Assembly (NCBI GenBank): GCA_038227875.1
Contig: JBBRPR010000002.1
Span: forward strand, 96,001-160,000
DNA: 64,000 nucleotides
Direction: 5' to 3'
Source: Planctomycetota bacterium
GTDB taxonomy: Bacteria; Planctomycetota; SZUA-567; H5-PLA8
Positions 1 through 9,169 of this stretch are shown in pieces (positions within the stretch are counted from its first letter, which is position 1; each line of letters starts with the position of its first letter). Made by a program: the position numbers and the translations under genes. The notes under the pieces were generated by a model. That model saw nothing but the letters and a program-made list of their open reading frames with translations, had not been told where the DNA came from and made no database searches.

Positions 1-42
1 AAATTTCATGAATAGTAAAAAGCGTTCTGCGCCCACATCGGG

Positions 43-270
43 TTACTTGGTCTCGATCTTGGTTTCCTGCTTGGTTTTGGTTACCGAACCGTCGGGATTT
101 TCCGTCTTCGTTTCGATCTTTTCCTTCTTCGTGCCGTCGTCGTCGACCTTCACTTCCTTCTTGACGGTAGTCGGAGAAGTGGGCGTCACCGTGACCGACT
201 CGCCACACCCTGCAATCAACAGTGTGACCAACGCGCCCAATCCGGCCGTAAACATGCGATTCAATGACAT
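43..270 (-). CDS. small secreted lipoprotein, K/T/E-rich
   Basis: MSLNRMFTAGLGALVTLLIAG-C signal peptide with lipobox; start moved to the internal ATG at 270. Confidence 0.7.
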   Translation of the reverse strand: MSLNRMFTAGLGALVTLLIAGCGESVTVTPTSPTTVKKEVKVDDDGTKKEKIETKTENPDGSVTKTKQETKIETK

Positions 271-534
271 GATTATCTCCTTGAGAAAGGTTTCCGTGCA
301 CTGCGGCAATCATAAATGCAAAGCAGAGGCCAAGCCGTTTCACCTGCGTCGGCGTATAGCGTTTCAATTCGATTGAGTGGATACCGACCACAAACGTCCG
401 GAATTCGGGGGGCGGGACTGGCTTTTAGCTCGTGGCTCTTGGAATCCTGTCGGGTTGATTTGGTGCCACTGGCACGGAGGAGTTAGTGCGGAGCAAGAAC
501 TCAGTCTTGCCAGTGTGACCGTAGTGGCTACGAG

Positions 535-1371
535 CTAAGAGCCGCTCTTCCGCTGGCATTTCGGACAGAACCACGTGCCGCGCTGACCCATCACGATGCG
601 TTTGATCGACGTCTTACAGCGCGAGCACGGTTGGCCTTCGCGGCCGTACGCGAGAAGTTCGCGCTGGAACCAGCCGGATTCGCCTTCGGCGTTGCGAAAG
701 TTTTCGATGCTCGATCCGCCGGCTTCGATCGCGGAGCGGAGCACGGTCTGGATCGCCGCGTGGAGTTCCCGCGCGCGCTCAGGTTTCACGCGCGAGGCTA
801 TGGCGAGCGGATGGAGTTTCGCCGCGTAGAGTGCTTCGTCGGCATAGATGTTGCCGACGCCGGCGAGGAACTCCTGGTTGAGCAGCAACGCTTTCAAGCG
901 GCCGCCGCGGGCGCGCAGACGCGCGGCGAAATCGTCGGCGGAGATCTCGAGCGGCTCGGGGCCGAGCTTGGCGATCGATTTCATCGCGTCGAGCACGGCG
1001 CTTTTTCCGGTCCACACACGGCCGAACGTGCGGATGTCGCGGAAGAGCAGTAATTCGTTGCCGCCGTCGAGTCCAAAGCGTACGCGCGCGTACGCGTCGT
1101 TGAGTTCGTGCGGCGCCTTTGCGGGAATGACGCCCAGCCATCCGGTCATCCGAAGATGGACGGTCATGCCGAAATCCGATTCCAGCAGGACGCGAATGTA
1201 TTTGCCGCGGCGCTGGACGTCGATCACGCGCTGGTTGATCAGGCACTGCGGCTTGGCCGGCGATTCGGAGACCGTGGGCTTGTGGAGGACTTCGACGCCC
1301 ACGATCTTTCGGCCGACGAGGGACGTTTTCAAACCGCGCACGACGGTTTCGACTTCGGGGAGTTCTGGCAT
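535..1371 (-). CDS. mutM: formamidopyrimidine-DNA glycosylase / AP lyase
   Basis: N-terminal MPELPEVE, RRGKY, HLRMTG, GVGNIYADE H2TH motif, C-terminal CSRC..CPKCQ zinc finger. Confidence 0.97.
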   Translation of the reverse strand: MPELPEVETVVRGLKTSLVGRKIVGVEVLHKPTVSESPAKPQCLINQRVIDVQRRGKYIRVLLESDFGMTVHLRMTGWLGVIPAKAPHELNDAYARVRFGLDGGNELLLFRDIRTFGRVWTGKSAVLDAMKSIAKLGPEPLEISADDFAARLRARGGRLKALLLNQEFLAGVGNIYADEALYAAKLHPLAIASRVKPERARELHAAIQTVLRSAIEAGGSSIENFRNAEGESGWFQRELLAYGREGQPCSRCKTSIKRIVMGQRGTWFCPKCQRKSGS

Positions 1372-1382
1372 TGGCGATGATT

Positions 1383-2324
1383 CTATTTCACGAGTAGGAC
1401 GCGCTCGACGAACACGGCCGCAAAGAGCAGCAGACTGACACAGCCGTTGATGGTGAAGAAAGCCACGTTGACGCGGCTGAGGTCGTTGGGCCGGACGATC
1501 CAATGTTCGTACAGGAGTAAACCGGCGACAAGGACCACGCTGCCAAAATACCACGCGCCCATCGCCGCGTAAATTCCGCATGCAGCCAGGAGCGCGACGG
1601 CCAGCACATGCAGCACGGCCGACAGGATCAGCGAGTTGCGGATACCGATTTCCTTGGGCATGGAGTGCAAACGCGGATCGGCCAGATCGACGGCGTAATC
1701 CTGGCAGGCGTAGATCAAGTCGAAGCCGCTCACCCAGAGCAGCACGGTGGCGCTGAGGAGAATCGGAAACAGTTCCAGCGACAATCCCCAGCGCTGACCC
1801 AAACCGGCCAGCGGCGCGAGATCGCCGCGGACGGCCAGATGCGCGCCCAGCGGCGCCAGACCCAGCGCGAGCCCCAGCCAGAAATGACACAGGCAGGTGA
1901 AGCGCTTGGCCAGCGAATAGCCGAGCAGAATCGCGAGCACCGGCAGCGCCAGCACGAAGCAAATGTGATTGAATTGCGCCGCAAACAAACAGAAGAGCGC
2001 GCCGCTGATCAAGGTGAATGCCGCCATGAACGGCATCGAGACGGCGCCGGTGACCGTCGGCCGCGTGCGCGTGCGCGGGTTTTCGGCGTCGATGTCGCGG
2101 TCCATGAAGCGGTTGAAGGCCATCGCGGCACTGCGCGCGGAGATCATGCAGAGGACGATCAGCACCAGCGTGCGCGTGCCGGGCAGGCCCTGCGCGGCAA
2201 CGATCATCGCCAGCAGCGCGAACGGCAGGGCGAAGATGGAATGTGCGAATTTAATCGAGTCGAGCAACAACGACAGCGACTTGAAGCTGAACGCGGCCGG
2301 ATGAGCTGGGACTGTGGCGGGCAT
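1383..2324 (-). CDS. ubiA: UbiA-family prenyltransferase (4-hydroxybenzoate polyprenyltransferase/MqnP-like)
   Basis: IKFAHSIFALPFA, AMAFNRFMDRDIDAENPRT, FDLIYACQD motifs; multiple TM helices. Confidence 0.88.
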   Translation of the reverse strand: MPATVPAHPAAFSFKSLSLLLDSIKFAHSIFALPFALLAMIVAAQGLPGTRTLVLIVLCMISARSAAMAFNRFMDRDIDAENPRTRTRPTVTGAVSMPFMAAFTLISGALFCLFAAQFNHICFVLALPVLAILLGYSLAKRFTCLCHFWLGLALGLAPLGAHLAVRGDLAPLAGLGQRWGLSLELFPILLSATVLLWVSGFDLIYACQDYAVDLADPRLHSMPKEIGIRNSLILSAVLHVLAVALLAACGIYAAMGAWYFGSVVLVAGLLLYEHWIVRPNDLSRVNVAFFTINGCVSLLLFAAVFVERVLLVK

Positions 2325-2334
2325 GGGTTACGCC

Positions 2335-2775
2335 TCAGCTGATAATGGCCGTGCGCAGCTCGTCTTCCTTCAAATCCACGGCGGCCAGCACCGCGCCGGC
2401 GACGGTGTTGCGCGTGCGCGCCAGGCCCAGCAGAAGATGCTCCGGGCCAATCTGCGGCTTCTGTGCGCGGACAGATTCGTCTTTCGCCGCTTCGATCACG
2501 CGCTTGGCGCGTTCGCTGAACGTCAGTTGCTCGTCGGTGAGCTGCAGGTCGCCGACACGCAGGTGGTGTTCAACCAGAATCTTAATTTGCGCGGGTGTGG
2601 CATTGGCAATCTGGAAACCCTTGGCCAGGACCGTGTCGTTCATCTGGACCAGCGCCAGGAGCATGTGTTCGGGCGTGATGTGTGTGTGCTTGTACTTCAG
2701 CACCGAGGCCTTCGCCTGTTCGATCACCTGCCGCGTCGCGGGGGTGAAGCGGTCAGAGGTGGCGTTCCCGGACAT
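2335..2775 (-). CDS. stand-alone Clp N-terminal (Clp_N repeat) protein
   Basis: Two Clp_N repeats (DRFTPATRQVI..ITPEHMLLAL; FSERAKRVI..IGPEHLLLGL); no AAA+ domain. Confidence 0.88.
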   Translation of the reverse strand: MSGNATSDRFTPATRQVIEQAKASVLKYKHTHITPEHMLLALVQMNDTVLAKGFQIANATPAQIKILVEHHLRVGDLQLTDEQLTFSERAKRVIEAAKDESVRAQKPQIGPEHLLLGLARTRNTVAGAVLAAVDLKEDELRTAIIS

Positions 2776-2840
2776 GGACTGTTGCTCCCGACGGTCGGTT
2801 CATGTGGAAAATTTCTAACCAGAGGATACCGTAAACCTTC

Positions 2841-4004
2841 ATGAGCAAAAATCAAAAATCCAAACCCGGAAATTCTTCGGAAGCCGTCGTCATTGGCGGC
2901 GGCGCCATGGGCTCAGCCACCGCGTTTGAGCTGGTCAAGCGCGGCGTCAAGACGCGGCTGTTCGAACAATATCTGATGGGCCACGATCTCGGATCCAGCC
3001 ACGGGTATTCGCGAATCATCCGCCGCGATTATTACGAGCACCCCGATTACGTGCCGCTCGTCGACCGCGCCTATGAACTCTGGCGCGAGCTGGAAGCGGC
3101 GTGCGGCGATCAGGTGTTGTACATCACCGGCATTCTCGGCATCGGCGTGCCGGGCGGAGAATACCTGACCGGTTCAGCGTTGAGCTGCAAGCGCTACAAA
3201 ATTCCGCACGAACGCCTGACCGCCAAACAGATCCGCAAGCGCTTTCCGCAGTTCAATCCGCCGGAAAATTTCGAAGGCGTATATCAGAAGGACGGCGGAA
3301 TTCTGGCGATCGAGCGCTGCATCCTCGCCTACCGCAATGAGACGCGCAAACTGGGCGGATTGATTCACGAGGACGAGGAAGTTCTCGCGATCGAACCGCA
3401 GCGCGGCGGCAAGTCGTTTCGCATCCGCACGCGCAAGGGCGAGTACACGACCGAGCGCGTGGTCATCTGCGCCGGGCCGTGGGCCGAGCGGATTTTGAAG
3501 ACGCTGAAGCTGAAGGTGCCGCTGGAAGTCGAGCGCCAAACGCTGGGCTTTTACACGCCGCTGGAGCGCGCGCCGTTCGAGCTGGGGAAGATGCCGGTCT
3601 TCTTCTTCGACTTCGGCGATTCCAATTACTACGGGTTTCCGTTCTTCGGCATCGACTGCGTGAAGGTCGCGCGCCATCACGGGGGGTCGGTGGTGAATCC
3701 AGAGACCGTCGAGCGAAATTTTACCGACAGCGACAACGAGCAGCTGCTGCGCTTCCTGAAAAGTTACATGCCCAAAGCTGCCGGCACGATGCGCCTGGGC
3801 AAGGTGTGCCTCTACACCAACACGCCCGACCACGATTTCATTCTCGACAAGCACCCGGAATACGAAGGCCTCTCGATCGCGTCGGGCTTCAGCGGACACG
3901 GATTCAAGTTCGCCAGCAGCGTCGGGGAAGTGATGGCGGAGCTGGCGACGAAAGGAAAATCGCGGCACGGCATCGGGCGATTCCGCATCGATCGCTTTAA
4001 ATAA
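2841..4004 (+). CDS. solA: N-methyl-L-tryptophan/sarcosine oxidase (FAD-dependent)
   Basis: VIGGGAMGS FAD motif, GSSHGYSRIIR, CLYTNTPDHDFILD, SGFSGHGFKF. Confidence 0.9.
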   Translation: MSKNQKSKPGNSSEAVVIGGGAMGSATAFELVKRGVKTRLFEQYLMGHDLGSSHGYSRIIRRDYYEHPDYVPLVDRAYELWRELEAACGDQVLYITGILGIGVPGGEYLTGSALSCKRYKIPHERLTAKQIRKRFPQFNPPENFEGVYQKDGGILAIERCILAYRNETRKLGGLIHEDEEVLAIEPQRGGKSFRIRTRKGEYTTERVVICAGPWAERILKTLKLKVPLEVERQTLGFYTPLERAPFELGKMPVFFFDFGDSNYYGFPFFGIDCVKVARHHGGSVVNPETVERNFTDSDNEQLLRFLKSYMPKAAGTMRLGKVCLYTNTPDHDFILDKHPEYEGLSIASGFSGHGFKFASSVGEVMAELATKGKSRHGIGRFRIDRFK

Positions 4005-4059
4005 TCGCTGGAATGTGTGAGCGCTCCCCGTACCTTTTTTCCGCGGAGGGATATGCGTA

Positions 4060-4251
4060 ATGACGATTCGGTATTGTGAAAAGTGCGGCGTGCTGATGCG
4101 GGTGAAGGTGGTCACGCCACATTCGATCTGCCCCGATTGCAAAGCTGGCAAGAAGCCCAAGTACCGCGGCCCGCGCGACAGCGCAATGATCCCGCGCAAG
4201 AAGATCGACGCGCTCCGCTCCAACGATGCGTCCAAGCGCTCGGAGAAGTAG
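4060..4251 (+). CDS. small basic zinc-ribbon protein (63 aa)
   Basis: CEKC..CPDC pair; GGAGG SD upstream; host-like codon usage. Confidence 0.65.
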   Translation: MTIRYCEKCGVLMRVKVVTPHSICPDCKAGKKPKYRGPRDSAMIPRKKIDALRSNDASKRSEK

Positions 4252-4259
4252 CACGGAAT

Positions 4260-4443
4260 ATTTTCGATTTCCGATTTCTAATTTTCCATCGGCGCAGCGT
4301 CGCCTGTGTACCAAGGAGCAGCGGCCGTATGCTGCTCCTTGCTCAACGTATAGAATGCCAGAATAAATATTCTTCTCGGCAGGCCCCCCGCGACACCGCT
4401 TGCGCGATCGAAAATCGAAAATGTTTAATCGAAAATCGAAAAT
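4260..4443. repeat. intergenic imperfect inverted repeat built from GAAAATC heptamers
   Basis: ATTTTCGATTTCCGATTTCTAATTTTC (4260-4286) faces GAAAATCGAAAATGTTTAATCGAAAATCGAAAAT (4410-4443). Confidence 0.75.
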
Positions 4444-4497
4444 GACCGTTCAACACTCCCCGTGAAACGTGGTATCTAATAGTGGGGAGGAGCGGCG

Positions 4498-5166
4498 ATG
4501 CGAATTCAAATCCTGACAACTCTGCTCGGTCTTCTCGCGTTGAACGGCTGCGGTACGCCGGAAGCGCCGAAGTCGACGCAGCTCGTCGCGCCTGTTCCTG
4601 ACGAACCCAAGCCCTCTCTCGTCGCCGCGCCCAAACCCACGCCGCAGCGGCCGTGGACATACAACGTGGCGCTCGCGATTCACGGCGCCACCGCCACAGG
4701 AGGCGACCGGCCACAGCTGCTCATCGACGGCAATTCCACCACTTACGATGGCGGCGAAGGTTACTCACAGACCGATTGGACCGTCAAACCCACGCCGTCG
4801 ATGGTCGTGACGCTGAAGGAAGCGGAGACGATCAACACGGTCCGCTTCCTGCTCTGGGACCAGGACAATCGCTTCTACCGTTACAAACTGGAAATTAGCC
4901 CCGATGCCGACGGCGAAAAATGGAACATGATCGCCGACCACTCGGTCACGGGAGAATTTCGAACCTGGCAGTTGATTTCATTTCCCGCCGCGTCCGTCCG
5001 TCGAATTCGCGTGACAGGGACGTTCGATTCATCAAACAATATGTTTCACGTCGTAGAACTTCAGGCCTACAACATCCCCGCCGACGTCAAACCGACCTGG
5101 GATGAAAAGAAGAACGACATGCCCAGCGCCGCGTCCAAAACCGGCGGGACCACGAGTGAATGGTAG
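4498..5166 (+). CDS. lipoprotein with discoidin / F5-8 type C (CBM32-like) domain
   Basis: LALNG-C lipobox; LIDGN, YRYKLEIS..W, RRIRVTG, VVELQAY pattern. Confidence 0.8.
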   Translation: MRIQILTTLLGLLALNGCGTPEAPKSTQLVAPVPDEPKPSLVAAPKPTPQRPWTYNVALAIHGATATGGDRPQLLIDGNSTTYDGGEGYSQTDWTVKPTPSMVVTLKEAETINTVRFLLWDQDNRFYRYKLEISPDADGEKWNMIADHSVTGEFRTWQLISFPAASVRRIRVTGTFDSSNNMFHVVELQAYNIPADVKPTWDEKKNDMPSAASKTGGTTSEW

Positions 5167-5174
5167 CAGCCAGT

Positions 5175-6092
5175 TTACTTCTTCTTCGCGTCAAGCCGTT
5201 CGAATTTGATTTCCGTCACCGACTTCGCCGCCGTCGCTCCATGATCGCCGTCTTGCAGCGTGAAGACCACCGTGGCGGTGTGCACGCCGGCGATCCATTC
5301 TTTCGCCGCCAGATCGTAGGTCTGCTGGCCCTGCAGTTCGACTTCAACGTTGCGCGCCATGATGCGACCGTAGGAATCGCGGATGAACGGCGCCTTCAGC
5401 GTGCCACTGACTTTGACGCTCGGCTGGCGTTCGCTGCCTGCGTCGCCGGGTGAAGTGCTGCTCGCGGCTGCGTCGGGCTGCTTTTCGTACGTGAGCACGC
5501 CGGTCGCGGTGCCGCCGCCGAGCATGCTGTATTCAATGTTGCGCGTCCACTTCTCCTTGCCGGCCGGAAATGGCGCGTGGAAGAGCAGGCAATTGGTGAC
5601 CATGCCGCTGGCGACAAAATCCTTCGCGGCCGGATCGGAGTTGACCTTTTGTTTGGCAATCGCGCCGTCGTCGTCGAGTTCCAGCTTGGCGAGCACGGTG
5701 CCGAAACTGGCCTCCAGCGTTTTCTTGAGCGCCGGATCCTGGTCGGCGGTGAGCTCCTGCTTCTTGCTGTTCTGTCCGGTGAAAATGGTTTTCACGCGGT
5801 CCATGTAGCCTTCGTAGGAGACGGAGCCGTCGGAGGAATTCTTCACCGCAACGGAATCGCAGACGACGTTGACGTCGTGGCCCTGGCGCAGATGGCGGTA
5901 GTTGACGATCGTTTCGGTGCCGATCTTGTGGCGCTTGCCGTCGAGCTCCATTTCGGCGCGGCCGGTCATGGTCAGGCGGAATCGCAGCGCCTCCGCGCCG
6001 TCTTCAGCCCGCGCCCAGGCGCAGAAGAGCACCACTAATAGGTAGGAAACGCGATGCTTCACGAGAACCTCAGATGTCCGCCGTGGAAACAC
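5175..6092 (-). CDS. secreted hypothetical protein
   Basis: Signal peptide ending AWARA; beta-rich body; exact start uncertain. Confidence 0.7.
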   Translation of the reverse strand: MFPRRTSEVLVKHRVSYLLVVLFCAWARAEDGAEALRFRLTMTGRAEMELDGKRHKIGTETIVNYRHLRQGHDVNVVCDSVAVKNSSDGSVSYEGYMDRVKTIFTGQNSKKQELTADQDPALKKTLEASFGTVLAKLELDDDGAIAKQKVNSDPAAKDFVASGMVTNCLLFHAPFPAGKEKWTRNIEYSMLGGGTATGVLTYEKQPDAAASSTSPGDAGSERQPSVKVSGTLKAPFIRDSYGRIMARNVEVELQGQQTYDLAAKEWIAGVHTATVVFTLQDGDHGATAAKSVTEIKFERLDAKKK

Positions 6093-6245
6093 GACGGGGA
6101 AGCAGAAAGTTTACTGCCGATATAGTCACTCGTGCAGCAAAAAGTGGAAAGACCCGGAACGAAAACATTTCGAGCGCGTCGAAAATGAGGTAGAGTTTTC
6201 GGTCTGGTCTGACTCGCCCAACCACTTTCTCCAGGAGATGCGCGC

Positions 6246-6899
6246 ATGCTTTCACGTCGGATGCAGTGTGCCGGATTGTTCGCGATGGCGATGATCTCGT
6301 TTGGCGGCGCAATGGCCAGCGAGACGGACGCTCCGTTCGTCGTCGAGCAGCGCGACCGTCGCGATCCGTTCACGTTCCGGTCGAAGTTTGGAGTGCAGGC
6401 GGTCAAAGAAGACGTTACCGGTTGCTACCCCGTCCCGCCCGTCCCGCCGACTTTCGATCTGATCGCTGCGCGTGCGAAATTGCAAGAAACCTACGCGCGC
6501 GCCGAAAACGCGTTCCTGGACGCACAGTTTCCGCAATCGCTTCAGGGCTGCGATGAGGGACTGACGGTGCTGCAGAGCATTCCTGAAAATCAACGTGCCA
6601 GCTTCGGCACATTCCAGAACGACCTGGCGCGCCTGCGCACCGCGACAGAACGCCAGATTCAGCGCGCGGAAGCGCAGCGGCAGTTCGATTCGCTGAACGT
6701 ATCGCTGACCGGCGTGGTGGTCCACGATCGCCAGTCGCAGGCGATCGTGAACGCGAAAATCGTCTCGCGCGGCGAGCTCGTCCCGCTGACCAATTCACCG
6801 CAGGACGTGATCGTGCTGGAAATCCGACCGCAGGAAGTCGTCTTCCTCTTCCACGGTTACCGGATGCCGGTGGCGATTAAAGACAACGCTGACCACTAA
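6246..6899 (+). CDS. secreted PilP/GspB-like pilus-assembly accessory protein
   Basis: Signal peptide, RDRRDPF motif, C-terminal LTGVV..QAIVN..RGELV..VLEIRPQEVVF beta domain. Confidence 0.55.
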   Translation: MLSRRMQCAGLFAMAMISFGGAMASETDAPFVVEQRDRRDPFTFRSKFGVQAVKEDVTGCYPVPPVPPTFDLIAARAKLQETYARAENAFLDAQFPQSLQGCDEGLTVLQSIPENQRASFGTFQNDLARLRTATERQIQRAEAQRQFDSLNVSLTGVVVHDRQSQAIVNAKIVSRGELVPLTNSPQDVIVLEIRPQEVVFLFHGYRMPVAIKDNADH

Positions 6900-6902
6900 T
6901 TA

Positions 6903-7793
6903 CTACAGCAGCTCTTGCCCGGTGATCTGTTTGTACGCGTCGACGTACTTCTCGCGCGTCTTTTCGACCACGGACTCCGGCAGCGGCGGCGCGGGCGGCT
7001 GTTTGTTCCAACCGATGCCTTCCAGGTAGTCGCGCACGAACTGCTTGTCGTAGCTCAATTGCGTCTGCCCCGGCGTCCACTTTTCGCGCGGCCAGAAGCG
7101 CGAACTGTCCGGCGTCAGCACTTCGTCGACGAGAATAATTTCGCCGCCAGCCAGTCCGAATTCGAGCTTGGTGTCGGCGATGATGATCTCGCGGGTCAGC
7201 GCGTGCGCCGACGCGCGTTCGTAGACGCTGATGGTCAGTTCGCGGAGCTTCTCGGCGTTCGTCGCGCCGATGATCTTGCTCGCTTCTTCAAAGCTGATGT
7301 TCTGATCGTGGCCGCTGGTGGCCTTGGTCGCCGGCGTAAAAATCGGCGCATCCAAACGCGAACCGTTGGTCAGACCACGGGGGAGGGGAATGCCGCAGAC
7401 GGAACCTTTCTCCTGGTATTCCTTCCAGCCGGAGCCCATCAGGTAGCCGCGCACCACGCATTCGATCGGAAAAACTTCGGCCTTCTTCACCAGCATCGAA
7501 CGTCCCGCGAGAATCTCCGCGTGAGCTTCCAGGCCGTGGCCCATTTTCGTGACGTCGGTGGTGATCAGGTGATTTTTCGGAAGATCGCCGAGGAACTGAA
7601 ACCAGAACCGCGACAGGCTGTTGAGCACCTTTCCTTTATCGGGAATCGGCGTCGGCAGCACGCAGTCGAACGCGCTCAGCCGGTCGGTGCTGACGATCAA
7701 TAATTTTTCGCCCAGGTCATAAACATCGCGAACCTTGCCGCGCGCGACCAGTTTCAGGCCGGGCAGTTTCGTTTCAAAAACGGGAGCAGACAT
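6903..7793 (-). CDS. purC: SAICAR synthetase
   Basis: RGKVRDVY, TDRLSAFD, ECVVRGYL, IIADTKLEFG, DEVLTPDSSRFW, YDKQFVRDYL. Confidence 0.98.
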   Translation of the reverse strand: MSAPVFETKLPGLKLVARGKVRDVYDLGEKLLIVSTDRLSAFDCVLPTPIPDKGKVLNSLSRFWFQFLGDLPKNHLITTDVTKMGHGLEAHAEILAGRSMLVKKAEVFPIECVVRGYLMGSGWKEYQEKGSVCGIPLPRGLTNGSRLDAPIFTPATKATSGHDQNISFEEASKIIGATNAEKLRELTISVYERASAHALTREIIIADTKLEFGLAGGEIILVDEVLTPDSSRFWPREKWTPGQTQLSYDKQFVRDYLEGIGWNKQPPAPPLPESVVEKTREKYVDAYKQITGQELL

Positions 7794-7883
7794 TCCAGAA
7801 TTTCCTCAGCCGCGTTGTGTGACGTGAACGCGCTGATTATGGTTGGGATGGCCTGCGATACAACGGGAAAACGGGTGGGGACG

Positions 7884-8060
7884 AACGGATGGCATCGGGG
7901 ATCGGGCATCAGGCATCGGTCGTTGGGCAAATCAAACGAACGGATACTGCGCCATCCGAAAGTTGATCTTCACTCTGAAAAATGAACACTGGCATCTTCC
8001 GTGCACCTGCCCAATGACCGATGCCAGATGCCAGATGCCCGATCCCCGATGCCATCCGTT
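7884..8060. repeat. ~178-bp hairpin/MITE-like element, copy 1
   Basis: Terminal inverted repeats AACGGATGGCATCGGGGATCGGGCATC...GATGCCCGATCCCCGATGCCATCCGTT. Confidence 0.9.
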
Positions 8061-8131
8061 TTCACCCTATCCCCATTTCAAGAACGCACTAAATTAACAC
8101 AGAGGCAATCCAATCCAGGGAGGAACATCGC

Positions 8132-8983
8132 GTGGGATCATTGAAGCTGGGCGTGGCATTGTGGTCGCTGGGCAATCCGGGGACGTTTCCGGAATGGGAG
8201 AAGCTGCTGGATGCGGCAGCATCGACGGGCGTGAAAGCCGTACAGCCGTGGTCGGTCGATGAGAAGAAATGGAACGTCGTCTGCGCGCTGGATCCCGATC
8301 GCTGCGCGACGCCGCGGCAGCGCACGGAAGTGCGCAAAGCCTGCGAAAAACGCGGACTGGCCATCAGTGCCTTCTGCGCGCAGCTTGCCGGCCCCCACGA
8401 ACTCGGCGGCTTCGGCGACAGCGATGCGGAATTGGGATTCCGCGTGGAGAAGACAATCAAGGCGTTGCGCATGGCCGCGGAAATCGGCTCGCCCATCGTC
8501 ACCACGCACATCGGACCGATTCCGGAAAGCAGCGAGGATCCGGTCTATGGCCGCTTCGTGAAGTCGATCGCGACGGTGATGAAGGACGCCGAACGTTCCG
8601 GCGGCATCTTCGCGCTGGAAACCGGCCAGGAATCCGCGCAGTGCCTCAAGCGTTTCATCGAAGACGTCGGCAGCAAGAATCTGAAAGTGAACTACGACCC
8701 CGCCAACATGCTCGGCAAGGGAGTCGTGGAAGGCGTGGAGATTCTCGCGCCGTACATCGTCCACACGCACGCGAAGGACAAGCACCCGAAGACCGGCAAG
8801 CCCACCGTCGGCCAGGGCGACGTGCCGTGGACAGAGTACCTCGCCGCGCTGAAGAAAATCGGCTACGACGGCTGGTACGCGATCGAAGACGAAAGCGGTG
8901 GCCACGGTCTGGAACACAAGACCGGCGAGTACAGCGTGCTCGAATCGGTGACGATCGGCCGGAAGTTCCTGGAGCAGTTCTAA
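8132..8983 (+). CDS. sugar phosphate isomerase/epimerase (xylose-isomerase-like TIM barrel)
   Basis: ALETGQE, VNYDPANM, HTHAKD, VGQGDVPW..GYDGWYAIE metal-binding motifs. Confidence 0.9.
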   Translation: MGSLKLGVALWSLGNPGTFPEWEKLLDAAASTGVKAVQPWSVDEKKWNVVCALDPDRCATPRQRTEVRKACEKRGLAISAFCAQLAGPHELGGFGDSDAELGFRVEKTIKALRMAAEIGSPIVTTHIGPIPESSEDPVYGRFVKSIATVMKDAERSGGIFALETGQESAQCLKRFIEDVGSKNLKVNYDPANMLGKGVVEGVEILAPYIVHTHAKDKHPKTGKPTVGQGDVPWTEYLAALKKIGYDGWYAIEDESGGHGLEHKTGEYSVLESVTIGRKFLEQF

Positions 8984-8988
8984 CTGCA

Positions 8989-9164
8989 CGAACGGATGGG
9001 ATCGGGGATCGGGCATCGGGCATCGGTCGTCTGGTAAATCAAACGGACAGATGTCGCACCATCCGTAAGGCAGATCCTCGAACTGAAAAGACAACGCACG
9101 CTTTCGTTCGTGCGTTTACTCACTGACCGATGCCAGATGCCCGATCCCCGCTCCCATCCGTTCG
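8989..9164. repeat. ~178-bp hairpin/MITE-like element, copy 2
   Basis: Same TIRs (CGAACGGATGGGATCGGGG...CCCCGCTCCCATCCGTTCG); lies between convergent stop codons. Confidence 0.9.
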
Positions 9165-9169
9165 CTCGT

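Noticed and set aside
1372..1962. N-terminal extension of mutM in the ORF track
   Set aside because: Overlaps ubiA in another frame; Fpg needs the N-terminal Pro of MPELPEV
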